From positions 1 through 64,000 of the forward strand of contig OZ025750.1 in NCBI GenBank assembly GCA_964019335.1: a DNA stretch of 64,000 bases, in the 5' to 3' direction. Both the position numbers and the translations under genes were made by a program. Below are positions 23,795 through 33,109 of this stretch, piece after piece. How positions within the stretch are numbered: the stretch's first letter is position 1; every line of letters begins with the position of its first letter. Below the pieces are notes generated by a model, which saw only the letters and a list, made by a program, of their open reading frames with translations, had not been told where the DNA came from and did not search any database. This DNA is from Diplonema japonicum. Its lineage: Eukaryota; Protista; Euglenozoa: Diplonemea.

Positions 23795-23940
23795 AAGGTT
23801 CAACGGAAGTGTAGTCGTTTAAAAGAAGTGTAAAGGTTTGAAGGAAGTATAAAAGTTAACGGAGTTCAACGGAAGTGTAAGGTTTAACGGAAGTGTAAGG
23901 TTTAACGGAAGTGCATAGGTTTAAGAAGTGTAAAAGTTTC
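23795..23940 (+). repeat. Degenerate ~18-bp tandem repeat in the LINE 5' UTR
   Basis: About 8 units of AAGGTTTAACGGAAGTGT. Confidence 0.85.
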
Positions 23941-24046
23941 GGGATTAGTGCAAAGGAGTGAAGGAAAAGAAAGGAGAGGAGAACGCAAGCATCACATCAG
24001 TATCTGCATCGTAAACATCAACATCAGCGATCCAGACGCATCAGCC

Positions 24047-26266
24047 ATGGACATCTTTAAAGCAATGAAGGGCTTCGGGATGACGGCGCACAGGAGGGCG
24101 TACGGGAACGGGAACGGGAACTCCTTCTACGGAGTGGTCGGGGAGAAGACGGGGAAGAAGGGGAGCGACATTAGACGCCGCATGGTACAGGAGTTGCGAG
24201 GGAGCGAAGAATACCGGGTGAACGTCACCGGGGACTACGATGCCTACTGCACCCAGCACGCGAAGGAAGGCACCGCCGCCGACCTGGTCACCATCCAGGC
24301 CACCGCCCGCGCATGGAAGATCGACATCCGCTTAATGGCAGTCGAAAACGGCGCCCTCACAGTCTCCCCTATCTCGGGAGAGTCCAAAAAGCTGCCCATC
24401 CACGTCGCCTTCGACGGCCGGGCTTACCTCAACGCGTCAGAACCGTTCAACGTGAACGTTCTGAAGAAAGTAGTGCAGGAGTTCAAGCTGCCACGGGTAG
24501 GCATCCCGACCTCAGACGGCGAGGCGAGAGCCTGGAGAGGGCCGAGCAGCAAACCGCCGCAGAAACAACCGCAGGCAGCGAAACGCTGGTCCCTGGAGCA
24601 AGGGCAGTTTGACCAGTCCTTCGTGACGTGGGATGAGCTGGTGGCGGGAAAGGACGGCGTTGCCATCGCAACCGAGGAGAACGTGAAGGAGGCCGAGAAG
24701 ATGGCATGGGACGGGAACAAAGCGCTCATCCTGAAGCGCCGCGGCACAGGACGGGATGAGTACGACGTTGTACTCAAGGCGGAAGGAGAGTTCACGAACA
24801 GGAAGATGTTCCTACTGGCAGTGAGCGGGAGGATTGCCATGCGCACATCAAGTGACACAGTGGACATCAACCTGGGGGCAAGATTCGCGCGGGTCGCGAT
24901 TATCTTCTCGAAAGCGCACGCCTCGGCCCAGACGTGGGAGAATATAACCTCCCAACCCCGAAAGCTCCTCCGGGACTTGAACTGCAAGACAATCCACAGG
25001 ATCGACAAGATCGTGGAGGGTCCGACCCCGAGGGTAGACGTACTGGTGACGGTCCCGAAAAGCAGCCTCGACAGATTCGTGAACACGTCCGGAAGGGGAG
25101 GGATCTTCGTTAGACCGAAGGATGTGCCGAGATCCCCCGTCGCTTGGCTCCCGAAGGAAACCACTTTAAAGGAAGCGCTCGAATTGGCAGAAGCGGAAAA
25201 GCAGGGGTTAGCGATTCGTGAGTCGGACTGCCGCCTCGGTGTGAGGACGTCGGAGGGGGAGAAGACCGCGCTCCTTGACAAGGTGTTGGGCGAGGATGAA
25301 CGACAGCGCGGACAACATGGGGAGCCGAGGTGGCGTCTGACGGGCCTGTACGGACAGTGCGGTGTGGAGCACGTGGAACTGATACTCCGCACCATGAAAT
25401 GGGATGCCGTTCCTCTACACGGCGGCTGGAGCAACGACGGGAGGTGCTGGTACATTCGGGGAGGCAAACCCCCTACCACGACGCTGAGAATCACATCCCC
25501 GACAGGGCTGATCCTCCACTGCAGGATAGCACCCGACATGGGGGGCCCGCCCACTAAAAAGACACCGACTGCACAGTCCTGGGGAAGACCGAAGACAGGG
25601 ACCACAGCCACAGGCAAATCCTACCTAGGCGCAGTGACGGGGTCCACCCAGCCCGGCCACAAACCACCTGCTACAGGGAAGAAGACCGCTCCCCCGAAAA
25701 AGACTGCCCCTCTGAAGTCCGGGAAGGCGCCCACAGCGACGGGAAAATCAGGTACCCCGGTAGTGGAAGACCGCCTCACAGCAATCGAAAATGCGATCCG
25801 CAAGCTGGCGGGGGAACCGAGCAGAGACGACGAGCCATCTGCGGAAGTGATCGAACTGCGGAGAGAGAACGCGCAGCTGCGAGGGGAGGTCCAGCAGATG
25901 CGCACCCAGATGGCAGCTCTCACCGAGCAGATAAAAGCCCTCACGGAGGCGACGATCTCGAGACTGGACAAGGACCAGCCCCGTTCGCTAACCGAGGAGG
26001 GAGAAAACGACGACATGGAGACGGAGGATGACTTGGGTCCCCCCCCGACTGACGATGACACCGACATCGACCTAGATGAGGGCACCGACATCAACGACTG
26101 CCTGGGCAAAGGCATATGCCACGTCTACAACGGGACATACCAATACTGGAAGGGGGTGTGCCACTACTGCAACGGGAATATCACGAAAAACAACCCAGCA
26201 CAGTCCTGCATAATATTAGACTGCAATAGGGTAAAGTGCCGCGGATGCGAGCAAAGCGAGCAGTGA
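24047..26266 (+). CDS. LINE ORF1 protein: OTU-like N-terminus, central domain, coiled coil, Cys-rich C-terminus
   Basis: First ATG at 24047 (MDIFKAM); GNGNSFYGV..YCTQHAKEGT..IQATAR..IHVAFDGRAY; heptads IELRRENAQLRGEVQQMR; CHYC..C..C..CRGC. Confidence 0.85.
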   Translation: MDIFKAMKGFGMTAHRRAYGNGNGNSFYGVVGEKTGKKGSDIRRRMVQELRGSEEYRVNVTGDYDAYCTQHAKEGTAADLVTIQATARAWKIDIRLMAVENGALTVSPISGESKKLPIHVAFDGRAYLNASEPFNVNVLKKVVQEFKLPRVGIPTSDGEARAWRGPSSKPPQKQPQAAKRWSLEQGQFDQSFVTWDELVAGKDGVAIATEENVKEAEKMAWDGNKALILKRRGTGRDEYDVVLKAEGEFTNRKMFLLAVSGRIAMRTSSDTVDINLGARFARVAIIFSKAHASAQTWENITSQPRKLLRDLNCKTIHRIDKIVEGPTPRVDVLVTVPKSSLDRFVNTSGRGGIFVRPKDVPRSPVAWLPKETTLKEALELAEAEKQGLAIRESDCRLGVRTSEGEKTALLDKVLGEDERQRGQHGEPRWRLTGLYGQCGVEHVELILRTMKWDAVPLHGGWSNDGRCWYIRGGKPPTTTLRITSPTGLILHCRIAPDMGGPPTKKTPTAQSWGRPKTGTTATGKSYLGAVTGSTQPGHKPPATGKKTAPPKKTAPLKSGKAPTATGKSGTPVVEDRLTAIENAIRKLAGEPSRDDEPSAEVIELRRENAQLRGEVQQMRTQMAALTEQIKALTEATISRLDKDQPRSLTEEGENDDMETEDDLGPPPTDDDTDIDLDEGTDINDCLGKGICHVYNGTYQYWKGVCHYCNGNITKNNPAQSCIILDCNRVKCRGCEQSEQ

Positions 26267-29200
26267 CTACAGGGGAACTCCCCCCAAACCCACCCTTCAA
26301 ACCCATTCCCTCCCCCCCTTTCCCGTCCATCCAAATACAATCCGATACGCCTATCTGACAAGAAATTTGAACGCCTCATCGAACAAGGTGTCGAACCCCA
26401 CCCCGGACCAGAGCCAGGACCAGAGAGTTTCACCATTTTCACACACAACGGCTCAGCACTAAACAACCGGCTGGGTGAGTACTCTACTGTCCTCCCGGAC
26501 GCATTCTGCATCCAAGAAACTGCCCTCACAGCACAGACTCAGATGGAGATTGAACACGTGCTGAGAGATGATGTTTGGGGCAAACAATACACCAGATTCT
26601 GGAGCAAACCTCAGCCGGGGAGGGAGACCAAGGGTGTCACGTCTCTGACGATAGCGAAGCGGGGCGGACTAGGAACCTTTGTGAAAAAACCACGGACAGC
26701 GGTGGTCTGTGAAACGGCTGGGCCGCACAAGGACAGATGGTCACACGTGAAAATCTCACTTGATGGGAACAAGCGATGGCTTCATCTGGTGAATGTATAC
26801 TGCCACTCAGGACAAGACCCGACGAAGGCGAAGTACCGTGAGGAGCTTCTCCATTACCTACTACACCGACTCAAGTTCGAGCTGGGAGACGTGCCGGTGG
26901 CCGTGATGGGTGACTTCAACACGGACGAAACCCGTTCCGCCACGCTAAGGAGGGCTCTACAGACGGACTGGGTAGACGCCGCTGCGTTCTGTGCTCGGAG
27001 GGATGGAGTGCAGGTAGAGAGCACGCTTGTCAGAACCAACTGCAGTACGCGGGTGGATAGGGTACTGTTGAACAACATCGCGGCCCAGGGGCTCGAACAC
27101 TGTGGAGTAAACGAGGCTATCTCCGGGTCGGACCACCGATGCCTGTCGGTAACACTCAACATCCCAGCCTTCCGACAAGAAGTCCTAAGATACACCGTCC
27201 CGCAGGAGATACCGAAGACCAAGAGGCACCCACCGGAGTAGCGGAGACACTGATGCAGAAGTCGAAATACCGTGAGTTCATTACGGCGCAGAAGCCCACC
27301 GAAGCGTTCTCGGAGATAGCAGACCTCGCGGAGCAGTACCTACTACATGGATACGTGGGTCCGGTGCGCAGCGTATACACCGGGAGAGGCAAGGTTCGGG
27401 AGCCTACGAAGTCGGAGCTGAGTGCGAGGTCTACGGAGTCGACAGTTGGGGCGGCAACAAATCGACAACAACGACTTGAGAAGTTGAAGCTCAAAATCCG
27501 AAGCGCAAAACAGCAAATGTTAAAGCTCTATGAGGGCGGGCACTGCGGGCCGCTCCCAGTAGAGGTACGGAACGTTGGGGGAAGAGCTGAAGGTCGAGTC
27601 CTGCAAGACCGACGCGGCAGGGAGTATTGATAGCATCAGGGGAGAGCTGGAAATAGCTGAAGACCACGCCCAGGGAATGTTATCGGAGCTGCTCCTACAA
27701 CGCAAGAACATGCAGGCGTACGAACGTTCAATACGCTCAGACTTTGGGAAGGAGCGCAGACACATCACGGCCTGGGTCAGAGACCGCCCAAACCAGAAGA
27801 CAGATGTGGTTGAGACAGCAGACGGCGGGGTGACCGCAAACCTACGGAAGATGGACGAGGTGATGCGGGATGCTTGGTCGGGCATCTTTTCTGCGCGGAC
27901 ACCAGAAGACGAGCCGCAGTACGAACGATTCGCACAACGCTACAGGGACTTAATCAAGAAAACCCCAATGACGCGGACCCCGATCACAGCAGAGCGGCTA
28001 AGAGAAGTGGTCAAAAAGAAGCCGGAGAAGGGAGCCTGTGGCGTAGACGGCTGGCGAATGAGTGAGCTGAAACGTCTCCCGGTGAGCATCCTGAAGGCCT
28101 TCGCAGACCTCTTCAACCTGATTGAGGAGACGGGCCAGTGGCCGAGACAGATCACGACAGCCCTGGTGTCACTGATACCAAAGGGTGAAGGGTCAGCACC
28201 GCTGAACCACCGACCCATCACAGTGACCAGCACCATCTACCGCTTGTGGGCGTGTACGAGGCTGAAGGATGTCCTTGACTGGCAGGAACGTTGGATCACG
28301 CCGAGACAGCACGGGTTTAGGCCCAAGCACAGTACGACAACAGCCCTCATGGAACTGTGTACCAAGCTGGAGCTGGCTTTGGTGGAAGGAGAGCCTCTGG
28401 AGGGACTAGCCCTGGATTTTGAAAGTGCTTCGACCTAGTCCCACAACAGCTGTCACTTGACCTCATGAACGCCCTGGGGATGGACGAGTCCATAGGGAAA
28501 GCACTCCAGGGGATGTATTCCCAGATCACAAGGAGGTTCAAGTACCCCATAGGAGTAGGTGACACATTTGAGGCCACAAACGGAATCCTCCAAGGGTGCC
28601 CGTTGTCGGTCATTGTCATCAACGCCCTTCTCTCCATCATGATACGGGCCATCGAGCAAGTAGCGCCGGACGCCGAGGTGCTAGCATATGCCGACGACGC
28701 TTACCTGTTAGCGAAGCTACGCGACTCCCTACAAGCAGCGGTCGAAGGGACTCTGGAGTTCTGCGACCTGACTGGCATGAAGGTCAACGAGGAAAAGACG
28801 GTTGGCTTTGGCACCGCAGAGGGTTACAAGTCGAGAGTCGTAGGAGACCGTACGGCGATTAGGAAAGGCTCGGTAGTTGCTGTACCTTACAAGACAGTGA
28901 CGGACTTCAAAGGGCTTGGCGTGAAGATCAACACGCGCAGGACAGGAACGAAATGGAACAGACCATCCACGGATGCACTTGACTCACTAGACCGGCTAGG
29001 GTGCACGAGATTAGCTTTCGAGACCAAAGCACACATGGTCAGCACGACAGTACTCCCGTCATGCCTCTACAGCGGGCCGTTCTCCCCCATGTGACGAGAC
29101 ACTCAAGAAGTTGTCAACGAGGGTAACATGCAAGCTGTGGGGCCCGCATCATCGTGGACGATCTCCAACCGCGGTCAACACGGTACTCTTGAAGGGGCAC

Positions 29201-30303
29201 ACCAGCGACCCCCTCTCCTATGTGATATACCACTCCCGGAGCAGGTCACTGGCGAACGAAAGAAGCACAGTGAAGGGGATGGAGGCGGAGCGGATCCCAA
29301 AACCAACCAACTGTGGAAGACAGCCAAGGACCCACTCATGTCCTACTGCCTGAGACGGGTGATCGCCGGAGGGGTCCCCTACCTTAGCCCGCATGCAGGT
29401 ACGAGTCAAAGGAGCGTCCCCCTGGCACCAGAAGGAGATGGCACCGAGGAAGACGGGGACAGCATAGACCACGTCCCAACGACGGAAGTACCACGCACAC
29501 AAGGGTTCAGGTGTGACCTGTGTGAGTCACCACACCCGGACACGGTAACCTTACTCCGCCATCAGCTTTACGAGTGTGCCTGCGCACGGGACGAGCTGGC
29601 ACAGGACGGTTTGGAACCGCTGCGCGACAGGACGGGATGGCCCCTGTGTCTTGAGCTACACGCAATACTGCCGAGAGGACATGCCTTTGCATACCTGGAA
29701 AAACTGCAACGATACTTGGCCGTGGTGGTTGAGAAGCGGGACGTGGAGCTCGTGCAGAAGGAGGACGTCAACACACAGCCGCTACCGTGGGAACGAAATG
29801 TAGTAGGAAAGAGATGCCCCGTTCCGATAGCAGGCGAGCTCGAGGGAGTGGGTGGGGTCCTGTCCCAGTACCTGAACCCGCTGCTACAATGGTTGTCACA
29901 GCTGCGCTGGGTGGAGAAGGACACCGCCTCGGAGGTGTCGGCGGTGGAGCTAGCCATTGACTTCGAATGGACGACCGGTAAATCATTAGGAGGCCTGCTG
30001 GAAGATAGGGCACGCAGAATCAAGGCCCTAATCGTAAAGATAAACGCAGCGTGCAGGGCACGGAAGAAGCGACGCCCCTTCCCAGCGGATGAGCAGAAAA
30101 GGGTGAAATCCCTCATCGCCATAGGAGGAAAGGCAGCTATAGGCTTCTCCAGGAGGCCCATTTTTGCTACCCAGTCCACGCACGACAAGCTGATGGATTT
30201 GAAGGCCGCCTACAAGCGGGATCGCATCACACGACTCCGCAAGACGCTCGCAGCCACAATCGGGATGAAAGCAATGCTCCAGAAGGGGAGTATTAACAGA
30301 TAG
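26267..30303 (+). pseudogene. LINE ORF2 (APE endonuclease, reverse transcriptase, zinc knuckle), several frameshifts
   Basis: APE: THNG, CIQET, MGDFN, VDRVL, SDH; RT: LIPKG, HRPIT, QHGFRP, LALDF, GILQGCPLS, YADD; no RNase H recognised. Confidence 0.92.
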
Positions 30304-30793
30304 ACCCCCCCCCTCCCATAGGGCGGCCCTCTAGCGGGGGGCTTGTCCTGTACTTTGAGTTTTTTTTAACGTCGCCCCAGTAGATAGTACAGTGCACAGG
30401 GCGCCACCAACACTGACTTCCTTTGTCTCGTATTTAATGTGTTCTGCCGATGTTGTTCTGTTATTTCAGATGAGCTTTCTCATTTTAAAGAGAGAGAAAG
30501 AAAAAGAGATTTCCTTCCTACCTTCCTTCATTTTCTATCTGCTTTCTTTTTTTTCTTTTTTTCTTTTATAGACAAAAGATAAACAAGCAAATCATCTTTC
30601 ACACATTTCAGCAACCTTCTTGTTCGGCAACAGTGGTTCGTGTCTAAGAAGGCCCACGACGATATCCAGTTCACCACTTCCTGGGGGGCAAAAAGAAAAG
30701 AAAAAAAAGAACAGCGGTGAGAGAAAGCAACAAATAAAAATACCCAAAAAAAAAAAAAGATTTTCCTTTTTTTGGGGAGAAAAAAAAAAGAAA

Positions 30794-31981
30794 ATGCCAA
30801 CACTAACCCTTCAAATGAAGGCACCTTGCGGGACAGTGAGCGTGGAGGTGGAAGGAGGCGACAAGATAGAAACACTAAAGGCGATGACCGCCTCGTCAAC
30901 AGGGTTGGATGTGGAGTACCTCACGCTGGTATTCGAGGGAGAAGAGCTGAAGGAAGGCAACAAAGTGTGCGACTACCCCTTTGCAGAACAGAGCGAGGTG
31001 GTGGTGACACCGAGCAAAAAACAAATCGCCATGGATCTCCTGAAAATGAAGGGATGGACCGACCCGTGGACAGTAGCTCTGATCCGCGACATGAACGACA
31101 GTGTGGACAACATGGAGAGAAGGTGCGTTGACGAAAAGTACTGTTTAATCCTCGCGGTGATGTGCGAGGGTGGAATGTGCGATGACAAGGAAGCAATGGG
31201 TGAGGTTCTGTACCACACAGCCGACTGGAACCTCCCCGAATGCCTGGAGCTGCTGCTGTCACGCGTTTCTACTGACGCTAGCACAACATACGCCCTCTTC
31301 GGTGCTGTCCTCGGCAGCCACATAGACTGCATGCGCGTACTTCTAGAACACAAGGCAGACGTGAATAATAAATGCTTCGGAACATGCGCCCCACTGCACT
31401 ATGCTGCGAAGGACGGGAAAGACGAGTGCATGCGGCTTTTGTTCGATCACAACGCGGACCCAAATGTCCGTGACAGGAACAGGCAGACACCGCTGCACTG
31501 TGCGGTGTTGAAGCCTCATGAAGAATGCGTCAAGATCCTTCTTGAGCATAATGCGGAATCTGATGCAAAGGATCTTGACGGGAACACACCGCTTCATCTA
31601 GCGATCGACGCGCTGGATGGGGATTCGCAGCTAACGCATCTGAGCGCCTTGCTCGGGTACCACGCCGACCCTAATTTACGGGACAACCAGGGGAGGACAG
31701 CTTTGCATCTTGCAGCGTTGAAGGGTCACGAGGAATGCGCCCGGCTTCTCCTTGACCACCGTGCGGAGCTCAACGCGAGGGATCTTGACGGCAACACACC
31801 ACTGCACCTCGCAACAGACAGGGAACAACAGCTGCGTCTCGCACGGGCGCTGATCGATTACCGCGCGGACCCCAATCTGCGGAACAACAAAGGAGACACG
31901 CCACTGCACCTTGCAACGTCGCGTAATAATGAAGCTCTGATGGGGCTTCTCACCCAGTGTTCGCGAGAGCCCGGGTTGTGA
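30794..31981 (+). CDS. Ubl-ankyrin repeat protein
   Basis: ATG at 30794 with Ubl (LVFEGEELKEG); ankyrin repeats TPLH.A...G...C..LL.H.AD.N. Confidence 0.92.
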   Translation: MPTLTLQMKAPCGTVSVEVEGGDKIETLKAMTASSTGLDVEYLTLVFEGEELKEGNKVCDYPFAEQSEVVVTPSKKQIAMDLLKMKGWTDPWTVALIRDMNDSVDNMERRCVDEKYCLILAVMCEGGMCDDKEAMGEVLYHTADWNLPECLELLLSRVSTDASTTYALFGAVLGSHIDCMRVLLEHKADVNNKCFGTCAPLHYAAKDGKDECMRLLFDHNADPNVRDRNRQTPLHCAVLKPHEECVKILLEHNAESDAKDLDGNTPLHLAIDALDGDSQLTHLSALLGYHADPNLRDNQGRTALHLAALKGHEECARLLLDHRAELNARDLDGNTPLHLATDREQQLRLARALIDYRADPNLRNNKGDTPLHLATSRNNEALMGLLTQCSREPGL

Positions 31982-32179
31982 GCAGGGTAGGGCATTAGGA
32001 CATCGGCGAGGACGAAGAAGCCAACTACCTGAGTCAGGCCTCGAATTAGTCAGGACGGAGCTGCAGGGCGGTTTCTTTTTCAAGAAACCTTTTTCGATCT
32101 ACCCCCCCCCCCGCCCGGTGCAAACAAAAGTTGGGCTCAGTGGGTATATTAGAAAACGGGGGTCAAAAAAAAAAGGGGG

Positions 32180-32820
32180 AAACACCGTTCACGGTAAGCA
32201 AATAACTTTTTTCCACCGTTTCCTTAAACCTAAAATCTTTTTTACACCACCAAGTACAGTAACCACAACTTTTTTTCCACCGTTACTGTAACCACCAAGT
32301 TTTTCCCTTATGCAACTACAAACTTTTTTTCCACCATCCACGGTAACCTGTATCATTTTTATGCCTGATTAGGGTTTACTGAACCCTACCAGTTGAGAAA
32401 TGGGGGTTCCTGCAGGTTGCAGCATTATGCCCAACCTTTCTGCAGTTGCTGCACATATTCTTCTCCTCCCCCTCACTCCACTTCCTCTTCGCCGGCCTGC
32501 CTATTTGTGACTTTGTAACGATTGGTGGCCTGAGGCCTTCACGTTTTCACAGGCAGAAGGGGGGCGGGGGGGGGGAGAAGTACATCAGACGCCATGCAGA
32601 GACCTGGTACTCTGTAACTAGGTCTGACGTGTCTTTTGAAACCTTGCGGGCCACAGCGCAGATGTGGACACAAGGTATACCCAAATACCGAAAATGCAAA
32701 AAAAATCCAAAATTTTATGATCACCGTACTTAGTGGAAAAAAAATTACCGTGAATAGAGGTAAAAATTCTGCTTACAGTACTTGGTGGAAAAAGTTATTT
32801 GCTTACCGTGGACGGTGTTT
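32180..32820. mobile_element. MITE-like element with ~37-bp inverted repeats
   Basis: AAACACCGTTCACGGTAAGCAAATAACTTTTTTCCACC and its reverse complement at 32784-32820; internal TTTTTTCCACC subrepeats. Confidence 0.7.
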
Positions 32821-33109
32821 TTCTCAAAAAAAGAAATGCCTGTACATTTAAGATCCATGGCCTATTCTGGAGGTCTTTTAGCAAAGTAGCACGTGTACCT
32901 GCTTGCCTCCTGGGTGGCGCCTAAGTGCTGCCTTCAGCTTTCTCATTCTGAGGCGATGCAATTTGTGGACTTGCCAACGAATAAAATTTGTCCAGGAGGG
33001 CCCAAAGGGGGTACATTAAGTGGGAGGGCGTTTGAAAAAAGAGGAGTGGGGCAAAAGGTGCTTTCTTTACAGTGAGCACCATGCACACTGAGGTTTTATC
33101 GACTTTCTT

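Larger units (their letters stand above)
23675..30368 (+). mobile_element. Near-full-length APE-type non-LTR retrotransposon (family 1)
   Basis: SL, 5' tandem repeats, ORF1, UGA-CUA, 2A-like motif, APE, RT, CCHC knuckle, C-terminal domain, C/G hairpin and T-tract. Confidence 0.93.

Noticed and set aside
23713-23795. ingi/L1Tc Pr77-type HDV ribozyme at the LINE 5' end
   Set aside because: No nested double-pseudoknot pairings found by eye
23795-23940. CRISPR-like array (also considered for the LRR and 63-bp repeats)
   Set aside because: Repeats are contiguous with no unique spacers, no cas genes, eukaryotic context
24424-26115. Long antisense ORFs opposite ORF1 (also 59233-60840 and 46342-47679)
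   Set aside because: Shadow frames of GC-rich or repetitive coding sequence with no recognisable motifs
26264-26266. Reassigned genetic code (TGA=Trp) or selenocysteine
   Set aside because: TGA terminates ordinary genes here (6954, 31981), Trp is encoded by TGG, and no SECIS was recognised
27200-29300. Programmed frameshifting within ORF2
   Set aside because: Several shifts without slippery-site patterns, at positions not shared with family 2; decay or assembly indels are more likely
23675-30368. CRE/SLACS/CZAR-type SL-targeting element
   Set aside because: Those carry a C-terminal RLE nuclease and interrupt the SL exon; this one has an N-terminal APE and an uninterrupted exon
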